Assembly (NCBI GenBank): GCA_963749075.1
Contig: CAVVLJ010000016.1
Coordinates: forward strand, 1,056,001 to 1,120,000
Source of the DNA: an uncultured Pseudomonadota bacterium
GTDB taxonomy: Bacteria; Pseudomonadota; Alphaproteobacteria; JACZXZ01
Length of the DNA: 64,000 nt
Direction: 5' to 3'
Each line of letters begins with the position of its first letter. Position 1 is the stretch's first letter. Positions 22,229-31,147 of the stretch are shown one piece after another. A model generated the notes under the pieces. The model did not search any database. It saw only the letters and a list, made by a program, of their open reading frames with translations, and was not told the origin of the DNA. Both the position numbers and the translations under genes were made by a program.

Positions 22229-23470
22229 ATGGCAAAGGCTCTCGAGGGCATTCGCGTTCTTGACATGACGCACGTCCAGTCGGGTCCGTCGGCGACCCAG
22301 ATTCTCGGCTGGCTCGGCGCCGACGTGATCAAGGTTGAGCTCCCCGGCCGCGGCGACATCACGCGCCAGCAGCTGCGCGACGTACCGAACGTGGACAGCC
22401 TTTATTTCACCATGCTCAACTGCAACAAGCGGAGCATTACGCTCAACACCAAGCACGAGACCGGCCAGGAGATCTTCAAGAAGCTGATCCAGGCCTGCGA
22501 CGTGATGGTGGAGAACTTCGCACCCGGCGCGCTGGACCGCCAGGGCTTCACCTGGGAGGTCATCCACAAGCTCAACCCGCGCCTCGTCTACGCCTCGGTC
22601 AAGGGCTTCGGCCCCGGCCCATACGTCGATTGCAAGGCCTATGAGAACGTGGCGCAGTGCATGGGCGGCTCGGCCAGCACCACCGGCTTCGACGAGGGGC
22701 CGCCCCTCGTCACCGGCTCGCAGATCGGCGATACCGGCACCGGCATCCACTGCGTGGCCGGCATCCTGGCCGCCTTGTACCAGCGCGAGCGCACGGGCGA
22801 GGGCCAGCGCGTCGAGGTCGCCATGCAGGACGCCGTGCTCAATCTCTGCCGCGTCAAGCTGCGCGACCAGCAGCGCCTCGCGCACGGCCCCTTGCGCGAA
22901 TATCCGCAGTTCCCCAACAAGAATTTCCTCGAGGCGGTGCCGCGCGCGGGGAATGCCTCGGGCGGCGGTCAGCCGGGTGACGCGCTCAAGTGCAAGCCGG
23001 GCGGGCCCAACGACTACATCTACGTCATCATCCAGCCGCCGGGCTGGGAGCCGCTCATGAAGCTCTGCGGCCGCGAGGAGCTCATCGCCGACGCCCGCTT
23101 CGCCACGCCCGAGGCGCGCCTGCCGCACCTCGACGAATGCTTCGCCATCGTCGAGGAATGGACGCAGAAGCACGGCAAGTTCGAGGTGATGGCGCTGCTC
23201 AACGAGCATGACATCCCCTGCGGCCCGGTGCTCGACATGAAGGAGCTCGCGGAGGACGCCTCGTTGCGCGCGCAAGGCACCGTGGTCGAGGTGAGCCATC
23301 CCGAGCGCGGCACCTTCCTCACCGTGGGCTGCCCGATCAAGCTCTCGGCCTCGCCCGTCGAGGTCAAGGCCTCGCCGCTCTTGGGCGAGCACACGGACGA
23401 GATCCTGCGCGACATCGTGGGATTCGACGAGGCGCATATCGCCGCCGCACGCGCCAAGGGTGCGGTCTGA
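22229..23470 (+). CDS. frc: formyl-CoA:oxalate CoA-transferase
   Basis: [31 protein letters not shown] (catalytic Asp), GGGQPG glycine loop; GGAGG RBS before ATG 22229. Confidence 0.93.
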   Translation: MAKALEGIRVLDMTHVQSGPSATQILGWLGADVIKVELPGRGDITRQQLRDVPNVDSLYFTMLNCNKRSITLNTKHETGQEIFKKLIQACDVMVENFAPGALDRQGFTWEVIHKLNPRLVYASVKGFGPGPYVDCKAYENVAQCMGGSASTTGFDEGPPLVTGSQIGDTGTGIHCVAGILAALYQRERTGEGQRVEVAMQDAVLNLCRVKLRDQQRLAHGPLREYPQFPNKNFLEAVPRAGNASGGGQPGDALKCKPGGPNDYIYVIIQPPGWEPLMKLCGREELIADARFATPEARLPHLDECFAIVEEWTQKHGKFEVMALLNEHDIPCGPVLDMKELAEDASLRAQGTVVEVSHPERGTFLTVGCPIKLSASPVEVKASPLLGEHTDEILRDIVGFDEAHIAAARAKGAV

Positions 23471-23494
23471 GCCCTCCATCGGAGGAGTCCCGCC

Positions 23495-23971
23495 ATGCGC
23501 ATCGCCGGATGGTTCGCAGCACTCGCGGTGGCGCTCGTGCTTTTGGCCTGCGCGCCCGCGGCCGCCCAATCGCCCGGCTTTCCTTTTCCCGACAACCTGA
23601 TCCGCATCTACAAGCCGATTGACGTGCGGACCAAGATCGTCTTCGGCGATCTCTGGCTCAGCAATACGATCGCCCATTTCGCCGAGCTCAATGGCCGCAT
23701 GCAGATCCGCTTCGAGGGCACGCTGCCCGCCTCGGCGAATACCGACATCTCGGAGGCCCGCGTCTACCGCATTCTCAACTGGGCGCAATACTCGCGCTTC
23801 AACCGGCGCAAGGCGGGCTTCTGCTCCTTCCCCATCCAATGGCTCGGCCTGCGCGACCTCGGCAACATGCAGCTCCGCGTGACGCTCTTCACGATCGACG
23901 ATTACCATGCCGCCACGCCGGAGAAGCCGGGCCTTTGCTCCGCCGACACCTACCGGCTGCCGCAGCAGTAG
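23495..23971 (+). CDS. hypothetical exported protein
   Basis: GGAGG RBS, signal peptide, globular composition with a Cys pair; family not recognised. Confidence 0.7.
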   Translation: MRIAGWFAALAVALVLLACAPAAAQSPGFPFPDNLIRIYKPIDVRTKIVFGDLWLSNTIAHFAELNGRMQIRFEGTLPASANTDISEARVYRILNWAQYSRFNRRKAGFCSFPIQWLGLRDLGNMQLRVTLFTIDDYHAATPEKPGLCSADTYRLPQQ

Positions 23972-24004
23972 GGGAGCGCCGGCGCTCTCTGCGCCCGCCG
24001 CCCC

Positions 24005-24769
24005 TCAGCGCGACGCCATGGCCGGCATGTCGGCCACGATGAGGGAGGCCAAGAGGCGCCCGACGCAGCGGTAGCCGGCGTCGCTCATGTGCGTCTCGTC
24101 CGGGCCCACCATGGCCGGCTCGCCGTCCTCGCCGAACCAGTAGCGCATGGCCTCGAAGCGGTCGAGGAGCGCCACATGGGTATCGTCGGCGATCTCTCGC
24201 AGCTGGCGGTTGAAGGCGGCGTAGGCGGGGTTGGCGAGGAGTCGCGGCGCGTATTGCGCGTCCATGAGGATGGTGTCGATGTGGCCAGCGTGCAGCCGCG
24301 CCAGCCCGTCGAGCACCTCGGCATGGAAGGGCTCGACCGGACGCTTGCGCAGGATCTCGTTGGAGCCCACCTGCCAGACGACGAGGTCGGGGTGCTCGTC
24401 GAACACGTCGCGCTGGAAGCGCGCCAGCATGTCCGGCGTCTCCTCGCCGTTGACGCCCTTGTTGAGCACGAGGATGCGGCCCTGCGGGAAGCGCCGCTCG
24501 AGGGCGGCGGCGAGCTGGGCCGGGTAGGCATGGGCCGCGTCGCTGGCGCCGGCACCGGCGGTCGAGGACGAGCCGATCGCCACGATCTTGACCGGCAGCC
24601 CGCGCATCAGCCGGTCGCCCGTGCGCATGAGCGGCGCGCCGAGCTCCATCACCGAGCCCGGTGCGGCGCATGCGTCCCTCTGTTCCTGTGCAGTTGCGTT
24701 GCCGCCGTGACAGAGCAGCCCCGCCGCGAGCATCCCCGCGGCCAAGCTCGTCACGCCGCGGCTAGTCAC
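24005..24769 (-). CDS. SGNH/GDSL hydrolase family protein (exported)
   Basis: IGSSSTAG, NKGVNGE, QVGSNE, DETHMS blocks. Confidence 0.85.
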   Translation of the reverse strand: MTSRGVTSLAAGMLAAGLLCHGGNATAQEQRDACAAPGSVMELGAPLMRTGDRLMRGLPVKIVAIGSSSTAGAGASDAAHAYPAQLAAALERRFPQGRILVLNKGVNGEETPDMLARFQRDVFDEHPDLVVWQVGSNEILRKRPVEPFHAEVLDGLARLHAGHIDTILMDAQYAPRLLANPAYAAFNRQLREIADDTHVALLDRFEAMRYWFGEDGEPAMVGPDETHMSDAGYRCVGRLLASLIVADMPAMASR

Positions 24770-26256
24770 GCGCTATCTCTGGGAATGCCATCGTCCCGTC
24801 CCCCCTCGTTGGCCGATCTTACGATATGCGCAAGCCGCATGCCACCATAGATAAGCGCCAGCACGGCCACCCAGGCGATGCGGCTCTGGTAGCGGTCGTT
24901 GGGATTGGAGAGCGCCCCGCACACGAAGGCATTGCCGAGCAGTGCGAGCAGCACGAGCGCCGTGAGCGTGGCGCTAAGACGCTCGCGCCTTTTCACCGCC
25001 AGCCACAGCAGCGGGAAGAGTGCTGCGAAGCACGCGAGCTGGAGGGGCACCTGGATGTCGTTGATGAGCGTGAAGTCGATGCCGGCCTGCTGCTCGGCAT
25101 CGAGGAAGGCCGGCATCTCGCCGGGATAGTCGGTGCGCACGGCGTGGCCGATGAAGAAGCTCATCGGCGTCAGCCCGTCGCCGCTGCCGACCATGGCGAG
25201 CTGCTGGAAGGTGAGCTTGAGCGAGGCCCAGGCATAGCCCAGCGGGAAATCGTGGAGGCAGCCGTGAACGATGCGGGCCGCGTCGCTGCGCATGCCGGTC
25301 CAGCCGCCGTACTTCCAGAAGTCGGAGTCGTGCCAGAGAAAGTCGTTCGCCGTGGGCGGCAGCCGGTTGCGCGCCATGCAGAGCCGCGGCTTGTAGAGGC
25401 CGGGCTCGTGGCACACCTCGTCGAGATAGCGCTTGGCAAGCCCGTCCTGCACGAGGAGGCCGAGGGTGAGCACGGCGCTCGGCTGCATGAGGAAGACCCG
25501 CCCGGTCATCAGCCAATTGGAGCCGGCGGCAAGGCTGAGCGCCATCGCGAAGGCGATGGGGATGGTGCGCAGCCGCGGCCCGACGAGCGGCCAGCCGCGC
25601 CTGGCGAGTGCGCGCGCGGCGAGGAGGCAGAGGATGAGCCCCGCAAGGATGGCGAAATGGGAGGTGTGCACCGCGGTGCCGACGGCGAGGATCGCGGTGA
25701 GCGTCCAGCGCCTAAGCGCGCCGAGGCGGCCCTCCTCGAAGGCGAGCACGAGCGTGGCGAGAACGACGGTGCCGGTAAAGGCGTCGGGGATGATCTGGCT
25801 CGTGACCCAGGGCAGGCCCGTGAAGAGCGCCAGCAAGGCCGCCGAGAAGAGGAGCGCGCGCAACGCCGCCGAGGGCAGGAAGACCCGGCAGCTCTCGTAG
25901 AGCACATAGGCGACCATCAGGCTCTGGACGAAGACGACCCCCCAGAGGCTGTGCGCCAGCCTGCCGAAGCCGGCAAAGACCCCGTAGGCGGCGGTGCGGT
26001 AGATCGGCATGTCCCAGGTGAACGGCATCACCACGTAATCGACGCTGTCGTAATAGGCGAGGGGGTAGCCGTTCCACAGCGCCGGCGACACCAGGAGCGC
26101 CGTGGTCAGCATCACGGCAAGCAGCGGCCAGGGCGCCGCCTCCGCGCGCTCCCGCAGGCGGCTGTTCGCAAGCGCCGTCACGGCGGTGGATAAGGGTTGG
26201 CCGGCCAAGTGCTTTTCGTTCGTTGCTAAAGCAATTCTACGGGCAAGGAGCCACAA
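24766..26256 (-). CDS. polytopic membrane protein, possible GT-C-type glycosyltransferase (start uncertain, may be 26112)
   Basis: About 10 hydrophobic segments, NGYPL.YYDSVDY after the first TM, IIPDAF, NDRYQSR; GTGA overlap with the SGNH gene. Confidence 0.65.
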   Translation of the reverse strand: MWLLARRIALATNEKHLAGQPLSTAVTALANSRLRERAEAAPWPLLAVMLTTALLVSPALWNGYPLAYYDSVDYVVMPFTWDMPIYRTAAYGVFAGFGRLAHSLWGVVFVQSLMVAYVLYESCRVFLPSAALRALLFSAALLALFTGLPWVTSQIIPDAFTGTVVLATLVLAFEEGRLGALRRWTLTAILAVGTAVHTSHFAILAGLILCLLAARALARRGWPLVGPRLRTIPIAFAMALSLAAGSNWLMTGRVFLMQPSAVLTLGLLVQDGLAKRYLDEVCHEPGLYKPRLCMARNRLPPTANDFLWHDSDFWKYGGWTGMRSDAARIVHGCLHDFPLGYAWASLKLTFQQLAMVGSGDGLTPMSFFIGHAVRTDYPGEMPAFLDAEQQAGIDFTLINDIQVPLQLACFAALFPLLWLAVKRRERLSATLTALVLLALLGNAFVCGALSNPNDRYQSRIAWVAVLALIYGGMRLAHIVRSANEGGRDDGIPRDSA

Positions 26257-26504
26257 ATCGCCGGCGGCTTCCGGCGGTTCTCTTTACCGGGAATGTGCGC
26301 GATTTGGCAAGAAAATGCTGAACCGAGGCTGAATTGGCCAACTCAACGGGTCGCCTCAAGCCAGCGCTCGCTGCGGCATCGCCCTATGAGATCATTACTT
26401 CGATATCTCAATAAATTATGGCCGTTATCTGAAAATAAAGATTAGCGAAGCATGGATGGCCCTCGACGGTCGATGGCCGCATTTCTGGAAAATAAACGAC
26501 GGAG

Positions 26505-27401
26505 CTATGGGCAAGACCTCGCGATCTGCGCGAAACGCGCGAGCCTGACGCCGGCGCTCCCGAGGGTGGCAGTGAAGGCCTCGCTGAGGAAGTAGCGATA
26601 TTCCTCCTCGCGTTGGCCGGTCACCGGGTTGGCCTCGGCAAGGGCGGCGTCGCTCAGCCCCGGGTGGGCCATGACCAAGGCGCCCGGCTGGGCGTCCTCG
26701 AGGAAGGCGGCGAAGAGGCGGGGGTAGGGCACGGCGCCCGAGAAATCATGCACCCCGCTGAAGCGGCGGTTGCCCGGGATGCCTGCGGCGCGCGCCCGGC
26801 GGGCGAAGCCGCGGCTGAGCAGGCTGATGACGAGCGCCTCCGCGGCGGCGTGGCGGCGATTGAGGATGGCGGCGAGGGGCTCGCTGCAGTAGCGCATGTA
26901 GGTGCTGCGGCCGGCGAGGCGCTGCCGGTAGAGCTCGATCACCGCCTCGCGCACGACCGGCAACTGATGGACGTGCTGGTGCCCGTCGAGGAAGTCGGGC
27001 GGGCGGCCGAGCTCCGCCTCGAAACGGTCGAGCTGGCGGGCGAGCTCGGCGGCGATCTCGCGGCCCTCGAGCCTTCCCCCGTAGGCAAGGAGGATCATGC
27101 GGCGGATGCCGGGCAGCCTGCCGGCGGGAGCGAGCCGCGGCATGGCGCCGAGCGGGCGCTGGTCGGTGAGCGTGAGATGGAGCCCGATGTCGGCGGCGTG
27201 GCCCAAGGGCTTGAGCGCCCGGGCCTCCTCCGGCCAGAACGCGCTCGTGGTCATGCAGCTCGTGGCGCTGAGGCGGCCGAGCGAGAGGAGATGGCGGATC
27301 GCCTTGCCGACCCCCGGTGCGATGCCATAGTCGTCCGCGCAAAGCACGATCGGGATGGCGCCGGCTGCGCCCGAGCTGGGAGTTTCCGGGCTGCGGTCCA
27401 A
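26505..27401 (-). CDS. ChbG/HpnK (YdjC) family deacetylase
   Basis: CADDYG, GLHLTL, DGHQHVH, MAHPG. Confidence 0.88.
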   Translation of the reverse strand: MDRSPETPSSGAAGAIPIVLCADDYGIAPGVGKAIRHLLSLGRLSATSCMTTSAFWPEEARALKPLGHAADIGLHLTLTDQRPLGAMPRLAPAGRLPGIRRMILLAYGGRLEGREIAAELARQLDRFEAELGRPPDFLDGHQHVHQLPVVREAVIELYRQRLAGRSTYMRYCSEPLAAILNRRHAAAEALVISLLSRGFARRARAAGIPGNRRFSGVHDFSGAVPYPRLFAAFLEDAQPGALVMAHPGLSDAALAEANPVTGQREEEYRYFLSEAFTATLGSAGVRLARFAQIARSCP

Positions 27402-27507
27402 GGGGATTGCCTCTTTTGAGGGCGGCGATCGATCCTATATAAAGACGGTTTGCGCCGGATACGAGGGCAAATCCGGCATGGCGGCATGGGCCGCAGGGGG
27501 CGGAGTC

Positions 27508-28588
27508 ATGGCATTGCGCTCCGAAGAGGCGGCGGACGGCGGGCCGCGTGCGCGGCAGAAGACGGCGGCGCTCATCTCGGTCGTGGTGCCCTTCTACAAC
27601 GAGGGGGCGGGGGTCGAGGCCTTCTTCGCCCGCCTCCTCCCGGTGCTCGAGCGCCTCGGCTTCGCCTGGGAGATAGTCTGCGTCAACGACGGCAGCGAGG
27701 ATGATACCCTCGACCGGCTGTTAGGCGCGCACGAGCGCGATCCGCGCATCAAGATCATCGATTTCTCGCGCAACTTCGGCAAGGAGCTGGCGCTCTCCGC
27801 CGGCCTCGCGCACGCCAAGGGCGACCTCGTGGTGCCGATCGACGCCGACCTGCAGCATCCGCCGGAGGTCATCCCGGAGATGGTCGCGAAGTGGCGGCAG
27901 GGCTACGAGGTGATCTATGCCGAGCGGGCGTCGCGCGATTATCAGAGCCGGCGCGCGCGTTTCATGTCGCGCGCCTTCTATTGGATCTTCGACCGGCTCT
28001 CCGACGTGCCGCTGCCGCAAGGTGCCGGCGATTTCCGCCTCCTCGACCGCCGCGTCGTCGACGTGATCAATCGCATGCCCGAGCGCACGCGCTTCATGAA
28101 GGGCATCTTCGCCTGGGTGGGCTTCCGCCAGATCGGCGTTCCCTTCACGCCCGAGGCGCGCCAGGCGGGCGGGAGCAAGTGGGATTTCGTGCGCCTGCTG
28201 CGCTTTGCCTTCGACGGGCTGACGGCGTTCTCCAACTTCCCGCTCAAGGTCTGGGGCCTGATCGGCGCCACCATCTCGCTGCTCGCCTTCGTCTATATCG
28301 TCGTGCGTCTGCTGCGCACCGCGATCTACGGCATCGACGTGCCCGGCTACGAGTTCGATCATCGTCACCATTCTCTTCCTCGGCGGCATGCAGCTCTTGA
28401 CGCTCGGCATCATCGGCGACTATCTCGGCCGCGTGTTCGACGAGGTGAAGGGCCGCCCGCTCTACGTCGTGCGCGCGGCCTACGGCTTCGAGCAGGCGGA
28501 GGCGGCCGAGCTTGCGCGCGCGGCGCCCCCGCGCGACATTCCTGGCCGCGAGACCGCCGAGGCCGCGCGCGCCGAGGTGCGGTCCTGA
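27508..28588 (+). CDS. GtrB-like GT2 polyprenol-phosphate glycosyltransferase, +1 frameshift near 28354
   Basis: [38 protein letters not shown]; C-terminus [19 protein letters not shown] in the next frame. Confidence 0.87.
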
Positions 28589-28983
28589 AGGCAGCCCTTC
28601 TCCGCGCGCGGGCCTTTTGGCTCGGCCTCGCCTTGCTTGCGCTCGCCTACGCCGCCGCCTGGGAGCTGCGCCAGCTCTATATTGAGCCGAGCGCGGTGGC
28701 GCTCGTCTGCAATGCCGCCTCCCATCCCTCCTGGTGCGCCATCCGCTTCGCGATCCTCTTCGCCCAGCGCGAGGCGCTCTTCGGGATCGCCGCCGTGGTC
28801 ATGGGCGGCGTGGCACTCCTTTGCGGCGGACCGAAAGCGGCCATAGCCGCGATCGCGCTCTCGGCGCTGGCGATCGCCAATTACAACGTGGAGATGGGGG
28901 CGCTCGCCCTCGTCGCCGGCCTCATTGCGAGCGTGGGGCGAGGGCGGCGGCGCCTGCCGGGCGAAGGCGCCGCGCAAGCCTGA
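28585..28983 (+). CDS. small hypothetical membrane protein (start uncertain)
   Basis: About 4 TM segments, YIEP..VALVC...WCAIR; distal part of ORF 27355..28983. Confidence 0.6.
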   Translation: MKAALLRARAFWLGLALLALAYAAAWELRQLYIEPSAVALVCNAASHPSWCAIRFAILFAQREALFGIAAVVMGGVALLCGGPKAAIAAIALSALAIANYNVEMGALALVAGLIASVGRGRRRLPGEGAAQA

Positions 28984-30583
28984 CGCCCCACGGCAGCGCC
29001 AGCAGCAGAAGCACGGCACACCAGCCGAGGGCCTCCCAATTGCGCAGACCCTCGCCGATCAGCACCGCCGCAGCACCGAGGAGGAGCAGCGCCACGAGCA
29101 GCGCTTCCTCGCCGAGGGAGCCCGCCGCCGCTGCCGCCGGCTCGCGCCAGGCAAGTGCGGCAAAGCCCACCGCCGGCAGGAGGAACGCAGCACTCGGGAA
29201 GTCGCGGTAGCGCGGGTCCACGACGAGCGCCACGGTCACCACGGCCGCCGCCACCACGAAGCCGAACTGCAGCAAGCCGAGCATGCGCTCGCCGAGGCTC
29301 GGCCCCGGGAGCGGCCGTCCGCGCAAGAGGTTGAGCGCCTCCTCGGCACTCGGCAGCGGGCCTGCCGGAAAGCGTCCTCCGGCGAAGGCCTCGGCAAGGG
29401 CGCGCAACAGAAGCACGGCGAGAAGTGCTGACGCGGCAAGGCCGAGGGCGCCGGCAATCCAGTCGAAGGGGGACCAGGAGATCAGCAGGGTGAGCGTCGC
29501 GTCGCCCACGAGGAGCGTGCCGATGAGCTCCGCCGCGCAGGCGAAGACGAGGCATCCGGCGAGGCCGAGTGCTGGGCGGCGCCACGCCGCGAGGAGGAGT
29601 GCCAGAGCGGCGAAGCCGGTCGCCAGCGCATAATGGCGGCGCCAGAGACGGTCGTTCGACACCGGACCCGAGAGTGCGAACTTGGCCTCGCGGTCGGCAT
29701 CGTAGAGGCCCCAATGGCCGCCGACCGTGCCCTCGAGGCTGCGCTTCCACGGCTCGTCGAAGGCCTCGAAGAGGTTGTAGTCGAGACCCCGGTCGCGGGC
29801 CAGACTGACGAAGCCGCGGATGAGGCGCGCCTCGTTCACCAGGCTGGCGGCCGCCCCCTCGCGCATGCGCCCGGCGCTCGGCCAGCCTATCTCTCCGATC
29901 ATCACGCGCTTGCCGGGAAATGCCGCCTGCACCTTGGCGAGCACGGCGGACACATGATCGAGGGCGTGGCCGATGGCGACCGGAGCGTCCTCCCAATAGG
30001 GCAGGATGTGGATGGTGATGAAGTCGACATGGGAGGCGAGCTCGGGGTTCTTGAGCCAGAACTCCCATACGTCGGCGTAACTCACCGGCTGCCTGACCGC
30101 CGCCTTGACCCTGTCGATATAGGCGGCGAGCTCGGGGGCCGTGAGATCGCGGCGCAGCATCACCTCGTTGCCGACGATCACCCGCTCGATGACGTCGGGG
30201 TAGCGGTTGGCGAGATCGATGCCGCTCGCCAGCTCGCGCTCGTTCACCTCGGGCTCGCGGCCGAGCCAGATGCCCTGGGTCACCTTGAGGCCGAGCGGCC
30301 GGGCGAAGCGCGGTACGGCCTCCAACCCCTCGAGGCTCGTGTAAGTGCGCACGCCGTCCACGCTGTCGGCGAGCACGGCCAGGTCCCCTGAGATCTCGTC
30401 GAGGCTCGGTGCGATGCGGGCAAGCGGGCTCTCGCCGCGGCGGTAGGGGCTGAAGGAGACGCTTGCGGTGCGCGCGACGCCGGCGTCCGGCACCGCCTGC
30501 TTGCGGCCCTCATGGCTCCAATAGAGAAGACCGCCAAGTGCTGCGGCGACGAAGCACAGCAGCAGGACCGCCGAACGCATCAT
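28922..30583 (-). CDS. GH17 beta-glucan glucanosyltransferase with C-terminal membrane domain (NdvC-like)
   Basis: SFSPYR, VGNEVMLR, YADVWEFW, HILPYWE, GEIGWPSAG, EAFDEPWK, DPRYRDFP. Confidence 0.85.
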   Translation of the reverse strand: MMRSAVLLLCFVAAALGGLLYWSHEGRKQAVPDAGVARTASVSFSPYRRGESPLARIAPSLDEISGDLAVLADSVDGVRTYTSLEGLEAVPRFARPLGLKVTQGIWLGREPEVNERELASGIDLANRYPDVIERVIVGNEVMLRRDLTAPELAAYIDRVKAAVRQPVSYADVWEFWLKNPELASHVDFITIHILPYWEDAPVAIGHALDHVSAVLAKVQAAFPGKRVMIGEIGWPSAGRMREGAAASLVNEARLIRGFVSLARDRGLDYNLFEAFDEPWKRSLEGTVGGHWGLYDADREAKFALSGPVSNDRLWRRHYALATGFAALALLLAAWRRPALGLAGCLVFACAAELIGTLLVGDATLTLLISWSPFDWIAGALGLAASALLAVLLLRALAEAFAGGRFPAGPLPSAEEALNLLRGRPLPGPSLGERMLGLLQFGFVVAAAVVTVALVVDPRYRDFPSAAFLLPAVGFAALAWREPAAAAAGSLGEEALLVALLLLGAAAVLIGEGLRNWEALGWCAVLLLLALPWGVRLARRLRPAGAAALAPRSQ

Positions 30584-31113
30584 GGCGTGCGGCTGGCCCC
30601 GGAGACATGCTCGAGAAGTGCCAGCAGCCCCTCGAGGAGCTGCTGCGGGGAGGGCGGGCAGCCGGGGATGTGGAGGTCGACCGGGAGCACCTCGCCGACG
30701 CCGCCCACCACCGCGTAGCTGCCGGCGAAGGCGCCGCCGTCGCGCGCGCAGTCGCCCACGGCGACGACCCACTTGGGGTGCGGGGCCGCCTCGTAGGTGC
30801 GCTTGAGCCCCTCGCGCATGTTAGCCGTCACGGGGCCCGTCACCAGCAGCACGTCGGCGTGACGCGGCGAAGCCACGAAGCGGATGCCGAAGCGCTCGAG
30901 GTCATAGATGACGTTGTTGACGGCGTGGATCTCGAGCTCGCAGCCGTTGCACGAGCCGGCATCGACCTCGCGGATGGCGAGGCTGCGCCCGAGCCGGGCG
31001 CGCGCCGCCGCCTCGACGCGCCCGGCGAGCTCGGCGAGCGCCGCCTCGCCTGGCCGAGGCGCCGCCACGGTCAGCGGTCCTCCGAAAACGCTCTTGGCGA
31101 TCAGCTTCCACAT
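30580..31113 (-). CDS. hyfI: Ehr/hydrogenase-4 small subunit (HyfI/NuoB-like, Fe-S)
   Basis: GSCNGCELE, SPRHAD, GDCA, PGCPP. Confidence 0.9.
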   Translation of the reverse strand: MWKLIAKSVFGGPLTVAAPRPGEAALAELAGRVEAAARARLGRSLAIREVDAGSCNGCELEIHAVNNVIYDLERFGIRFVASPRHADVLLVTGPVTANMREGLKRTYEAAPHPKWVVAVGDCARDGGAFAGSYAVVGGVGEVLPVDLHIPGCPPSPQQLLEGLLALLEHVSGASRTP

Positions 31114-31147
31114 GGCCCGAGGGAATTTTCCTCCGCTGACGCGCCTC

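Noticed and set aside
20450-23470. 1006 aa ORF suggesting a large Frc fusion
   Set aside because: The N-terminal part is an off-frame read of the ThDP gene; frc starts at 22229.
26304-26319. Sigma54-like TGGCAAG...TGC
   Set aside because: GG-GC spacing is one base short of the strict -24/-12 spacing.
27355-28983. 542 aa GT2-membrane protein fusion
   Set aside because: The frameshift at about 28354 joins two genes; the conserved GtrB C-terminus lies in another frame ending at 28588.
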